From: Phoronis australis
Taxonomy: Eukaryota > Animalia > Phoronida
Assembly (NCBI GenBank): GCA_002633005.1
Contig: NMRA01000542.1
Coordinates: 124,001-188,000, forward strand
Length of the DNA: 64,000 bases
Direction: 5' to 3'
A program made the translations under genes and the position numbers. Below, one piece after another: positions 38,973-53,900 of the stretch. Numbering within the stretch: position 1 is the stretch's first letter; every line of letters starts with the position of its first letter. Under the pieces are notes generated by a model. The model searched no databases, was not told the DNA's origin, and saw only the letters and a list, made by a program, of their open reading frames with translations.

Positions 38973-41900
38973 TCAGGTCTTAACTGGATCAAACAACACT
39001 TTGCCTTGTTTCAGACTAACCCAGGCTGGCTCCACCATCTCGGCGTGATAGTCCCTGATGGACAAACTGCCACGACACACAGCCACAATTTCAGCCAAGT
39101 GTGTATCTGTGACTTTATCACAGTATTCCAGGTCCAAGTACCTGAGACCTGGAGCAAAACAAGTAGATCGGTGCGGTAACCAGAGATCTTCATATTCCTG
39201 AAATAAACAAATGTAACAAATATGAAACCTCAATTTTAACAAGTTCTCAAATTCAAATTGGATTTTCATCAAAAATGCAATTTTTAGAGAAATTTCACGG
39301 TCACAATGAAGTCACATCTTTATTAACAGTCAACAAATGAATTTAAGGAGCAATAAGCTACAAATTCATTATGACCAAAACCAACAGTTAAACTAACTGG
39401 ACTAATTACTTGTCATGGATGTATACACTTGGAAAACATTCAAGAAAACTAACGAAATTAGAGATTAGTGACATACCTCATCACTTGAGTGAGTCTCTCC
39501 ACCGGCACTTTTTCTTTCCAAAAACTTGAAGCGTAATAAATTCTGACATCTCCGCCACTTATTCAAATCTGCAAAGAAGAAATAAGTTTTGAAGGTGCGT
39601 TAAATCAGCACCTTCTGTCAAAAACAGTTTTAAAAGTTAGAACATTTACTGAAAGTTATAAAATTGTTTTTATGTAGCTGCAAATTCTTCAAACAAAATC
39701 AATAATGCAACAACTTTTACGAAACTATTTCTCAAAGGATAAACACCACTCAGTAATCACAGTGTACTTATTGTATTAATCATGTGACCACAAAGTGGTG
39801 TTGTGACTACAAGATCCAGTCACAGAACCTCTTTTACTGAAACATTTTAAAATGATGGTGCTATTACTTCTTTCTCACACAAATTCAAAATGCCTTTTTT
39901 ACTCGAATAATTGGTTTTAAATAAATAATGCTTCCTAAACAAAATTACTACAATTGTCTCTTTACAACACCCAAGTATGTAAACAAAAATGTACTTCTTT
40001 GGCAGCGCAGTAACATTGCACTGGACATATTTTGGCTGTTCAAATAATTACCTGATATTATAGGTAGGAATGGCACAGAGGTCAACTGTTTTATTCCAGA
40101 CAAATAAAACTCCTTCAAGTGAGGGCAGCACTGCAGAACAGCTTCAACACTCACATTGGTTAAGTCTGTAAAACATTGTTCCATAAATGCTAGCTTTAAC
40201 TCACACAACAGACTTTTCAACATGTATTTTCTAACTTGGAACCATCCTACACATTTCACAGTATTTAGACAGGAGGTCTTCGTTGCTCCAATTGCACAAA
40301 AATCATCCCCGGTAAATATGCTCACATAATTTGTACAAAAATAATTTCCAAAATCTCCCCTTTTATTTTTCAATTTCTTCTGCCACTGTTACAGTGAATG
40401 GCCACAAATTTTCAAACCATTGATGGTAACTGTGGTACAAAACATGAACATGGAAAATCCTTCATTTAATTTTATTAGTGTGACATGTTTCATGAAAAAA
40501 TGATGAAATAAAATTTCATTCGTTGGTCATACTGTGTCCTACGTTCAATATTTTATCATAATCGCACTACATGATGGCACAGCAATGCACAATGACGCTT
40601 TATAAAATAACCCTGAATGGAACTAAATAAGTTACTACCAATGGAGAAAATTTAGCAAGTCTAATAACATTTAGTGAGTGCACACAAATGTCTTTATAAA
40701 ATAAAAGAGAAAAACAGTGAACACAGACACATGTACCTGGAAAAACCACAGAATATCTTAGATTTGTGTTGTGCTGTAATGCCAATGATGCGTCAGCACC
40801 CCCTGGTGTCGATTGGAGCAACAGGGCTGCTTGTGGTGACTTAAGCTTGTTTAGAACCCAGCATATTTCAGCTGTTGGAATGAACACACTGGAGTAGTGG
40901 TCTAGCCCAGTGTGGACACAACACAGCTGAGTCGTTCACAAGATGTATGTAGGAACATGAGGATTGTGTTTCACTGAGCAAGTCTGTTTTCGACACTTTA
41001 AGAGAGATTCGATGCAATGTGAGCAATTCTATTGACACTGACAAATTTTTGTGAGCGAGCAAGGGAAGTGTTGCCCATAGTTTCAGCGATGTCAGATGCT
41101 CTGATATATTTTTATTTCCTATTTAATAATCCTCATTAATAGCATCATTTCTACTTGCCCTCCCTTTGTTGCTGAAGTGCAATAGTGACAACATCCAAAC
41201 ACACGCACCTGGATTCCAGCTTATGTCCAGGGTCTGTAGAAAGGTTAATGACTTAGCCAGCTGCACAATGTCCTCATCAGTGATCCCATCAACACTAGAC
41301 AATCCCAAGTAGTGCAGAGATGGACAGTGGTCAGCAAGCAGGGCCAGAGTGCTGCTGGCGGCTGCACAGTGTCGCAGGTCAATGTATTGTAGAGAGGGAC
41401 ATCCTTGGACAACAGCGTCCAGACCCACACTAGTTATGTCCTCACACCAGGACAGGTCCAGCTTCTTCAGCTAAAAACAATGCAATATTTGTTTTCCTTT
41501 ATTCAATAAAGCAGAGCCCAGCAGTAAAGTACTGCATTCAATGAATGCCCAGCTGACATTGAAAACGTTAACCATAAACACACTAAGTGATCAATTATAA
41601 ATAGTTAAAGAATAGATATTTTAATTTTTTGATGTTACAATCAATGTCTAGCACAAAGATTAAGCAACTCGGTGTAAATGCATTAGAGAACAAGGATTTT
41701 AAAAGATGACAGTTGATTTACACGTCAAAGGTAAGTAAATTTAGTAACAACTCACTCATTATGAACCATTGCTGCACTTACTGAATTCTATGCAAGTTCA
41801 CATTATATACAATTGAGGAAAACATTTTAGTCTGCCAGAAAATTACTCAGTTACGCCTTGTATTCATTTGGTCTTCGCAAAAACTCATCCTTTGGGGCTG

Positions 41901-44900
41901 CAAACACCACTTTTTGCAGGGTGTTTAGTTGGGTACTTGGTTGAAAACAAATAAGTAACAGATGTAAGATAAAAGGGCAATCCAAGATCGCAATTATCAG
42001 CTAAAGTAAAATGCTTTTTAACTACAATGAGTGGCAAAACCCCTGAATTCCAAACTGTAATTTGCTTGAAAATGCTTGCACAATCTTGGTTTCAAATAAA
42101 GCTTGAAATCATGCTGACATTGTTTTGATCTTGACTTTTAAAAAGTTTCCATTTCAAACTAACATGATCTGAGAATTTATTGCTGGTTTAAATGAAGGAC
42201 AATACATATACAAAACTCAGCAAAACGGAGGAAAGGTGCAAATAATTTTATTTTTGGTACATTCTGTCTGTGTGACAATGCTCTCATGAACATAGAATGT
42301 TCAGATGAACTAAACAACTTTGACCAGGTCTCTCCAACCATTGTACAGACCGTCATGCTACTAACCTGGTGTCCAATCTTCTCAGCCATTCTTTCTAATG
42401 TAACATCAGTAATACTACACTCAGCTAGACCCAGGCTAGTTAAACTGGTGCAAGTCAGGAAGGCATGTATAGCCGCGTCAGAGAGCACATAATCACCTGT
42501 AAGGAAATCAGCCATCAAGACAGTACTCCTAGGAACAACCACAAGAAATATCTCATATTGGTTACTCAGAGACATAAGCTAGTAACAATACATGACTGTG
42601 TATACTTCAAAACACAAACGTAACACTACCTCAATACTGCAAAACTGACAACTGCATCAAGTGAAACAGGACAATCACAAATACCGCAATGCAACAAATA
42701 TGATAATTTCTCAAACAAATAATTCTGCTGCATGCTCAGTGTAAGGAAGCATACTTCTTCCACTCAACACATATTTCCATGTCATGAAAGTAATGGTTAA
42801 CACATTATTCACATTTTGTACAATTAGTATCTCCTTGAGCAGCTGGTCCATAAAGAATTAGCAGCAATCAGCAAAGGCGGTCAGTGAAGCATTCCGCAGG
42901 TATTGCTAAAGTACCTTTGAGATCCACCTGTTGTAGGAGTCTACACTTCAGGCCCAAATAACTGGCAGAATGGACGGACATCAACTCACAGTCCACCAAT
43001 GATAAACAGCGAAGACAGGGGGCGCTGTCAGCTATGACAGTCACCATTTCATCTATAATACAGAAGAGAACATGTGAAAATAACAGTCTGCCATTTTCAT
43101 AGACCACCTCCAATTTGGACGAGATTAATGGACAGGTGTAGGCATTGATAAAAAGGTTGCCAAACACAATCAAATACGAAAAAACAGAGCACACAATGTT
43201 GAAGCTTACAACAACGAGTCCTCAATCAGAAGCGTGTTCAATAAGTCAGCCGCTCGCGAGTGCCCCTGAGCACTCGCTTGTGAACAACTTTTAGCAAGCG
43301 AGCGGTCGCAATCACTATTGATTGGTGGTTCGCCTAGAAATCCAAGATGGAGACCGATGTGAGTTTCAAGGAGATTACCTTGAGCAACAACAATGATTAT
43401 AGGCTGTACATGTTGCAAATACACAAAGTATGCACTACATGACAAGATTGTTGGAAGGACATGTTGTAAATACGGTACAGAAATAAATAATTTAATTCAA
43501 TGGCATAAGCTTGCTTTGTACTGATTACAGATTAAGTCTTTCTTTGATTGCTGAAGTGACCGCACATCATCGATAAACAGCTAGCTCTCACTTTAGGAGT
43601 TCACTCTGACTAAAGTGTGCATTGCACTGAACAGGCTTCTGAAGACAATATGTCCAAAAAGTGGTGGCTTTTGCATGCCTTGGACATTTACTTACTGAAA
43701 AGCAAAACCAACAATTTAAGACATAATAAATGGCATACGTTGTCAGGTGAAATTTAATGTTCTCTTTTTTTTCACAAATGGTAAGTACTGGTTCTCAAAT
43801 TCAGGCACGTTATACCATTACCCAACTGTCCAAGTCAAATAGACTGCATTCACATCCTTTACACAGAGGTAATGCTCACTCGCATGCTGACATAATTTGC
43901 AGTGGGCTCATGAAATTAAAATGGCACAAAAGTCAGGATTGATGTTGAATGTATAGGATTGGTGATACGTAAATATTGTGAACAGACAACAAATCCGCCG
44001 ATTTCGGGACCCTCAATGTTTTGATTTTGGGGCCGACTGTTGACCAGAGTTCACTCTGAAAAATACTAACAAGAGCAATGCAGAGCATTAAAATGCACCC
44101 ACGAATGCACCGCTAACGGTGTGCTTCTAGGGGTGTTTATTTGGAACATAAAAATGCCAACTAGATGGCGCAAAACATGTCGAATCCTTCCGAAAACTTG
44201 TATGTATCATCAAAACTATTTACCAAATTTCATAAAAATCGGTTAAGGAACATCTGAGAAAACAGAGGAAAACAAAAAAATGAAATTGCCACTAAGAGGC
44301 TATAAGCGCAAAAAAACATAACTGCCACTAAGAGGCAACAAAAGTAGATAAATTCGTCGGAAAATCATTGTCAGACTTCCGCTTATCATTAGGAACATAC
44401 ATGCCAATTTCCACAACCATCCTTAGAGTGCTTTGTTTGACAGAGGGGCAGACGTCAAATAAAAAGACTTGAAAACAGTACAAATTGCCACATGGTAGAA
44501 CAAAAAGCCTCGAACTTTTACCAAAACCCAGATAATAGCGTCAACTCACTAATAGATGCCTAACTGCCAAATTTTATGAAAATCCATTGACGACCTTTTA
44601 AGATACAGAGATAAACGGAAAAAACTAAACTTGCCACTAGGGGCACACTGGTAGCCCGATCCGTCCAAAAAATCTTCATACTCTGTTGTCAACTTCATAT
44701 CCAGCAAATAATAAAGATCCTGTAGAGCATTTAGAAGATACAGACATGAGCGCAAAAACAAACAAAACTGCCACTAGGAGGCACCATAGTAGTCCAAGTC
44801 ATCAGAAAATAATTGTCAGCTATCGTCTTCACAGCAATTTTCAAAATCATCCCTAGAGCAGTTTGGTTGATACAACGGTGGACGCCACAAAACAGACTCC

Positions 44901-47900
44901 AAAACCGTAAAAATGGACACTAGGTGGCGCAAAATACCTCGAATCTGTCCAAAAACGAGAGGATGGCATCATCTCACTTACAGACGCCTAACTGCCAAAT
45001 TTTATGAAAATTCATTGAGGACTTCCAAATGCACAGAGGTAAGTGTAAAAAAATAAAATTGCCACTAGGGGGCACACCAGTAGTCGGAGAGGTCTGAAAT
45101 TCGTTGCCATCCGTTGTCAGCTTCATGGGAACACATCTGCCAAATCTCAGCAAGATCCTTTGAGGGTTTAGGAGATACAGCCATAGCCGCAAAAACAAAC
45201 AAAACTGCCACTAGGAGGCGACACAGTAGTCGAAGTCCACGGAAAGTCATCGTCAGCTGCCCTCTTTACAGTAAGATCATACATGCCAATTTTCAAAATC
45301 TTCCATAGAGTGCTGTCGAAATTGAGACTCATTCACAATCATGTTGAACTGAAGCGTCGTGTGTTTAATCAGTTCTGCATATCGGAAAACTGGTTCCCGA
45401 AGTACAGCCAATTATGTTGAAGCTTACATAAATTATAGATGGTGCCTCTTGAAAATGGCTACTGCACAGAATAACGATAATGGCGTTATTCAGTGCAAAC
45501 TATTTCCCAACAGTCATTTTAAAGAGGGGTCTGTCAATTGAACTTTTATCTACACTGCACATGCCTTAATAACTCACCATCTAAATCTTTCCATGAGATA
45601 GAGAACTTAGTGAGGCTCTTGTTGGTCATGAAGAATGCTTTTAGACACGAGCTGGAGTGCTCATTGCTATGTTCAATGTTACTGATGTCTAGGGAGGTTA
45701 TGTTTGGCTGGTAAAGCTGCACCATATCAGCAGGTGCTTCAATTCCATTCACCTGGACATCTTCACTTGAGACAAAGTCCACAGAATCACACTCAAGTTC
45801 ATTTTTATTGCTGGTAACAAAGTCTTCAGAACAGTCCACACCACTATGAAGAGTAGTTGCAAGACCAAGTCCTTCATTTTCAGGTACACTTGAACTTTCT
45901 TTATTGGATGGTGACAATACAGAATTAAGTCCCCTGGAGGACAAGTCTACCTCTGCACCAATGGAAGAGCCACTTTCCTGAAGCACTACATCTGGATTGG
46001 ATGCGTAACTTTCAGAACATACTTGTGCATCAGGTTTACATGACTGAATACTAACACTGACGTCATCAGTCTGGAAGACACAATTCACTCTAGAACTGGC
46101 AACTTCAGAACCTGTTTGAGGACCAACAAACTCCCCAGCACCAGACTCCGTAGATTCAATATTCTCGTCTTTGTCATTACAAGACAAAATTATATCAGAT
46201 TCTAATGTACAGCTGAATTTACCAGATGGTATCGAAGACTCTAAATGTCCTTCAGCTGCTGTGAATTCCGAGTCTGAGGAATGTGGCAAAATTGAATTGG
46301 TACCAGGACTAGCCAACTCCACAGCAGGAAGCATTGCTTGGTATTCACCGAAACCAGAGTGTAAACTTGAGCAAGAATTCTCTGTGACAGAGGTCTGATC
46401 AAAATCAGTCAGACTAACACCATCAGACTGATTAGCTATGTTGCTAGTGTCAAAACTAACTGTAATCTTGTCTACCTCATGCTGCTCAACACTCGTACAT
46501 TTGAATGCCCACTTGAGTTCTTTTTCCATGCTACATGTCCAGTGAAGAGATTGCCGCTGGCTATGCACGTCTGTGTTGAAGTGTTTCATCTTGAAACTCG
46601 TTTCCACTTTCACATTGGTTGAGCTAAAGTCCACATCACTTGGCACACTCACAGACATTACTGTGCCCCTATCTATTTTAGTTCTCCCAGGAAGATTTTC
46701 ATCAGTTGTTAGGCCGGTCTGCTCATGGTGATCAGATTTCAGTTCCAATTTCTCCACAGAGTCGGCTGTGATTCCCATTTTTTCCTGGTGCTCTCGGTCA
46801 ACCTCCATGGCAAGATGGACAGCAGTTGAAAGACTGTAACCAGATAGGAACCATAACACAGTAACGTCGATCTGCAATGGAGAAAGCAAAAATGTGATCG
46901 GGGGATCTGCAGTCTAATTTCAATAAATTAACCATAATTTATGAACACTGCATGACAGTTAGAGACATCAGAGACCTCAGGCTACACCTATAATACAAAT
47001 GAGCAATAATCCAATTATCAAGCTGTGGAAGGGCTGCTGAATATGCAAAAAGGGGGTTTGATAAAACCCTTTGCAACCTTCAAATTAACATGGGCAGAAA
47101 CCAGTGTGTGTCTCAATGAGTTTTCATTCATGGTTTTGCCCTTGTTCCTAAATGAACTGTACAACAACATATCCAGAACAATAAACATATAGAATAATGT
47201 GTTTAATTTTTACTATATACATAAACATAAAACCAAAATATACCTTACGATCAGTTAATCTCCACGAATTTGACATTTTTGGGTATTCTTCAATGTATTT
47301 GGTTTTATCTTTCATTAAAATTGTGGTAGAACAATGAATTTCTTCTATTTTTCACGAAGTGCTGGTTTTTTAAGCCTTTTCCAAGGCACATCATAGTCTC
47401 CAGTTAATTAATAACTGACAGGTAAGCATGGTATCCCAAACTTTGTTAATTCTTTGTCATAAACACGTATAACCACTTCACTGTCTTGCTGTTATGTTAA
47501 CGTCACTTTGTAAGGTGTGAAAAATCTCCCAATCACTTCATGGTCAGAAACTCCAATGCAAACACAACTAAACTTTTTGTCAGATACAAATAATTTAAAT
47601 CAAATGAAACCAAAAATTGCTAATTCATGACTAGCAAGTGTCGGTGACACCAAAGTCGCAGCAACAGTTTTTCTGCATAATTAACTTACAGTGTTCCCGT
47701 TTTCAGCACATGTCCTTTACTTACATCTGTCCAGGCAATGTTCAGTGTTCGCAGATGTGGCCCACACAGGGATGTCAAGTGACGTACACAGGCACTAGTC
47801 ACATCTCGACAGCCAGAGATGTCCACGCTACTCAGGCAACTCATGTACTGGAAAATGTTGTTCAACAATTAATAAGAGCGCCAGCACTTTTTCAATTCCA

Positions 47901-50900
47901 AAACCAATTTTACAAAATGCATGCAAATATATCCATATAAACTAGTTTATAGACTAAATTGTTAAATAATAAGGAAGAGAAGTTGTTCATACATGAGGTA
48001 AGAACTATGTTAAATTAGTGAATAAATGCGTAATTATCAGAACAGAAATTAAAGTGGCACTTTCAAGGTGCATTAACCCAAGGTTTATTATTATTATAGC
48101 ATAAAATGTGTTAATGGTGAAGCCAACAATATCTTGATCTTTTTTCATTGTAAATTTTGGAAAATAAACAATTTTTTCTAGTTGTCCATATTGTACTTGC
48201 ATCGAATTGAAAAGCATATACTGCAACCTGATTACGTGGTGGAAATTGAACCCTTGTACCCAATTCCTGGATCACTCCACTACTGGTGTATTAGGAGTGT
48301 GCGTCAAAGCATGTTGCATACAGAATACCATATTCCCCCTAATAAGCGCCCATGCCCCTATAAGCGCCCCCCACGCGTTTTCAGACTTTTCTAAAATAAG
48401 CGCTCAGTCCATGAACCCCGTGTACATGCAAAAAATGCCTTACCTACAGTTCTAAAATTCTACAGTAACATCTTCAATTTATCAATAAGGTCCGACAGTC
48501 CTGGAAAAATCATTGTGCGTGGCATTTGTAGACCACGAGCCTCGGCGCTATGTCGGTATTTAGCCGTGACTATACACTTCAAACTTCCACCGTGCTTCAA
48601 AAAGAACGCAAGCGCGAATCGGAGACTAATTTGACCTTTGTTCAATTAAAAGCACGTGGCCAGGAAGCGCGCGCTACATGCAACCACCTGTCATCGAAGA
48701 TTAGTCTTCGGGAACTATCTATTCATGAAACAGGTAGCATAGCATCGGCAAGAAATAAATAATGGCACTTATTTCTGAAAGTTTCTAACACCGTAAAATA
48801 TAAATAGGTAAATAAAACAACAAGAATGGATCAACTGAAATTTTCGGATATAATAATGTCCTTCGTCAACAGAAACAGAAATAAAGTAAAATCAAACACT
48901 ATATGACAATTGACAAATCATAATCATTACGCCACAATTTAAATCGCACTTTCGGATGAGTCAGTCAACTTTTGAGGTTAGTTTTCGTGTTGCAGAACCA
49001 TAATGGGTTCATATGTTGCAAACGTGAAGCCTTAGCGGCAGGACGCTATCTTGGAAATCTAAGCGAACATGCTCTCTAGGTTGTTTGCGAGCGCTCGCGA
49101 GCGCTAACGTAAACACAGCTGTTCAGGACGAGGGTGCTCAAATCGCTCGTGGGCGCTCACTCTATTGAACACGCTTCAGTATAATTGTGGCCAACAGAGA
49201 TCATAGTAGTGTAGCACCAAACAATAGAAATGCAAATAAACATGCTACAGGGCTGTTTAATTAATGACACATTCCATCAACAATGGGGTGAGGCCAAGCA
49301 ATAGGCTCCCACAGCCAATTTTTCAATATGAGTACCATTTATACAGAGACAGCTGTCACAGAGATACTAACACGGAACAGCTGATCAGGCACAAATGCGT
49401 ATGTAAACACGACCATCGCGGATCAAGCTGATACCATGGCAGCCATTTTTGACAATTGATCCAGTGTCAACTATTGTCTAAATGTCTGAACACAACTGGG
49501 GCAAGACAGAAAGGAATCATTTTTCAGTGTGCTTGCGCAATACCGGATATTTGGAGATCCATTGGTAATCCACAAGGTCTGGCGATTCGCTATTGTTTAT
49601 GTGAGCATGTGAAGACAGTCTTTGTGTAACTGACTCATGCTGATTCACTTTGCCATCTCACGTCATGTAAATGCAACTTAAGTGGAGCAAGTCGCACCGT
49701 AACAACTGGCACTGTAAAAACTCGTACTGTGACAACTGTTCATGTGTAAAAACAGCTCATGGGTGATTCACATTTCGACTGCTTTCACACAGCTGTGTAC
49801 TGTCAGTAAATTCATTTTAACAAAAATAACATAATACCTCTTTGCTGCTGCTCTGTCCAAGTTGTTTCATCTCGTCAACTAAGAAAGCGTTATCTGTGAT
49901 GTTCTCACACATAGACAAGTTGACGTGTTCCAATCGTGGATAGTTCTTAATAATCGCCTGAAAAGAAACATCATTTTGTCAAACCCACAATTCATGGACT
50001 TAAAACGCAAATTGGAAAACATCGTTAGCTAATTTACACATTCAGTGACAATTGTCAGTAGTGGCTTTTACCAAAGTTTCAGTAAATGGGAAAGGTTAAC
50101 TCCGATCCTCACTGAAGCTTTGGTGTAGTGGGAACACTAAAAGTGAAGCATCGTCGTCGCAGTTATCGGTAGACGTCGTGGCAACAATATATGATCGCGC
50201 GAGACTCGCAAAATGCGTTATTTGTTATTGTAGCATAGCTGACATGTTCTAAATAGACGGACATAAATGAATAAAAGAAAGCATATCTGATAAACAATGA
50301 CATTGATCATTTTCATTTAACACTCGTAAAGCAGGCGAACAATTTTCAGTTAGCCTTGAACACAATACTCCACATTCATCTGAGAGTACGAATGAACTGC
50401 ATCGGCTGTTGTCATGGCGATAACTTTGATATCACTGTGTAGTCGGAAAGGTAAGAGAAGTTTCGGCCATTCCCCCAAAGGGAAAGCACTTAGAAACAGT
50501 GAACTCTTGTGTGTCAGCTCTATGCTAATTATTCAGTGTAAGCTGAACTGCAAAATTACATTAGCAGAACACTGACAAGTCACGATCATGCAATGACTCA
50601 TGTCCAGTTATTGTTCAACAGCACAGTCACTGTCACAATGTAGGCATGGGAGCCAATCTCTATACCCTACTTTTCCCCCAGGCCCATAAAAGAAAGTTAA
50701 TTGGGACTTGATGACAAGTCAATGTTGATGAATAGCTGTCCTAAATATCTTAAGTTATATCTCAACACAGCAAATAGGATCACCCACTTCCTGGACCACC
50801 CATCTACTTAAGACCAACAATCTAGTTATGCTGAGCTAGAATGCTCCTTTGTTCAAGCAGTAAGAAAGTACTTTTTATGTCCTTGTTTTGGAATGTCAGG

Positions 50901-53900
50901 CACTTTTTCCTGCTATGGTATGCTTGTAAAAATATTCCTAATTTCATAGTTTAAAAATGCTGCACTTGAATGTATCTTCAAGAAAGGGCATTCTGTACGG
51001 TTCAGAGTTAATCTGACAAGCTTGCTTGTTCCACTTGCTCTGCAGTTTCTTGTCTGATAATGGTTTTAAGGTTGGAGTTGTAATACTTTGTTTACATTTG
51101 AAGGAGGAATAGATAAATGCACCCAAGAAAAAATTGCAACAAGTAAGACAAACCAATGACGCGATACAAAAGTGCTTAAACTATTGCTCAAATTCACAAA
51201 ACTTTAGGCGAGATCCTTCAACAATCCCCCACTACACTACAGGCAGTGTTTACCACAAACACTCTATAGTTCAACAGGCCTCTTGAACCCATTACTCACA
51301 CCCAACCCATTAACAAATCATAAAGGAATGGTCCCCACTTGTTGTGCAGTATGCCAAGACCAGGCTATTGTGTTGTTACATAATTAATGGGGGAACTACC
51401 TTATGGTAAGTATATAGTTGCTGCACAGTTGTGAATGATTAAGCAACACTGCAGAAAAGACAACACTAACGGCCAATCAACAGGGTTCTCATGAACAACT
51501 GCCAGTTGAACTTCCAACCTCTTGCTGTTGTCATAATGAACACCTAAAAATGTTAATTTCATAGTTGTGCACAACTTTATGACAAATGCTGGTGTAACAT
51601 GTGAGATTTTAAAGTCACCCAAGGACCAATTGATCTGTCAGGGCAGCAAGTCAAAGTGCAGTTAGAATTTCCAACTCTTTTGCAGGCTAATAAATATGCG
51701 GCACTTCTTACAAGTCTGTAACATCCCTCTTGGATATGACCTCAAATTGGGTCTCTTCTCATTTTCAATGGCCAGAAGAGACCTCAAGTACTTCTCAAAT
51801 GTTGGGCATAGTACACATATCAGACAGCTCAGTTACACTAGTTAATATATCACCAATTTCAGACAAAAATACTTGTCAAAGGTTTTTCATTTTTCAAAGG
51901 CTTCAAACATTGTTGTGAGTGCCTGATGGCAACTACACGCTATTTAACTTGAAATTCTAAATGACTTAGTTGGTGCTACTAAGAATGAAGAAACAAAATT
52001 TCACTTGTCCGCCATATTGGGTGCAGGTGAGACTGTGCATACTATTGCAACTAATGGAGTCCAACAATGTGTATACTTACATGTACAACATCATGACTGT
52101 ATACTTACATGTATCACATCATGACTGTATATTTACATGTACAACATCATGACTGTATACTTACATGTACAACATCATGACTGTATACTTACATGTATCA
52201 CATCATGACTGTATACTTACATGTACTACATCATGACTGTATACTTACATGTACAACATCATGACTGTATACTTACATGTATCACATCATGACTGTATAC
52301 TTACATGTACTACATCATGACTGTATACTTACATGTACAACATCATGACTGTATACTTACATGTATCACATCATGACTGTATACTTACATGTACTACATC
52401 ATGACTGTATACTTACATGTACAACATCATGACTGTATACTTACATGTATCACATCATGACTGTATACTTACATGTACTACATCATGACTGTATACTTAC
52501 ATGTACAACATCATGACTGTATACTTACATGTATCACATCATGACTGTATACTTACATGTACTACATCATGACTGTATACTTACATGTACAACATCATGA
52601 CTGTATACTTACATGTACTACATCATCGTTTACATTATCACAACCTTCCAATGACAATGACTTTATATTGTTATTCAGCATAGCGTACACCTCAAACAGC
52701 TTCGCACTGACTACATCATTACAGCCACTGAGGTCTAACGACTGTAGATACCTGCACCTATAAAAAATTTTAACATGGTTATACCGTACAAATTAAAAAT
52801 TATAGCCAGTTGGCTAACTTATTCCTTTGTGACTTTAAAGGAGTTGGCTCATTTAATATGTTCTGGTTGTCCAAAAATTTCTGACCACATTCCACATATC
52901 GGCAGAAAACAACAACAGGCCATCATTCACTAATGAATGATGGTAAAATGTGGTCTCAACTGCTTGAAAGTAAAAAAACTAGCCGTACTGGACTAAATGA
53001 ACTACTTTAATATTTACATCACACTGAGATACTGAAAACCCTGTTTTCTATCTGAAAGTCATAGTTAAGTACCGGATAAACACCTAGGCTCAAGCTCCAT
53101 TATTATGTGATATTCAGGACAAAACGGACACCGGACATGACATTGTAAATTAATTTATAGAATCAACCCACAAGTCAATGAATTATGATCGAGATAGGTT
53201 GACGAGAAAAAACAATACACAGTACAATTTAATTGTTTAATTTTCAATATCTGTAACATACTTTTTGAAAACTTTAAGAATCCCAACAGCCGTCACGGAG
53301 GTGCAGTCCTTTAGTTTCAACTCCTTGATGTGAGATGGAGTAAGAGTAGCTATGATGTTGTCAGTTACACTTTTGGGATACCAGGAGACGATGTAATCTA
53401 ACAAGGATTCAGACACAGGGTGGAATGAGTCTGACCTATAAAAGGAATTGAGTAATATCATTAATGAACACCAAAACTATACATCAAATCTCATAATGCC
53501 TCAAATATTAGACAGTGTCGGGTTAAGTTTTCTGGAGGTACCCAAGCTATAAAAACTGTAAAGGCCCGGAACGTCACTAACTTCACCCTGTTCCCCAGCA
53601 GCCACAATTTTCACATCCCTCAGTCAGCACTGCCTCCTAGCTGCCGGCTGCTCCTAATTCCATTTAACATGGCGGAATCGAGTACCGATAAATTGCGAGC
53701 AGAAATTTCATGACAAAATACTGAGGGATCAGGGTAGAAGAAATTTCGGTAAAAATGGCATAAACGAGACTCTCTTCAAAATGGCTACCGGGAACCAGTT
53801 TCACTGAATAATCATTGGACTTCGCCGTTATTCAGTGAAAACTGGTTCTCGGCAGCCATTTTAAAGAGGGACCCATTTACGCCACTTATCTCGAAATGTT

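Noticed and set aside
52070-52626. CRISPR-like array
   Set aside because: The units are contiguous with no unique spacers, there are no cas genes, and the context is a eukaryotic intron.
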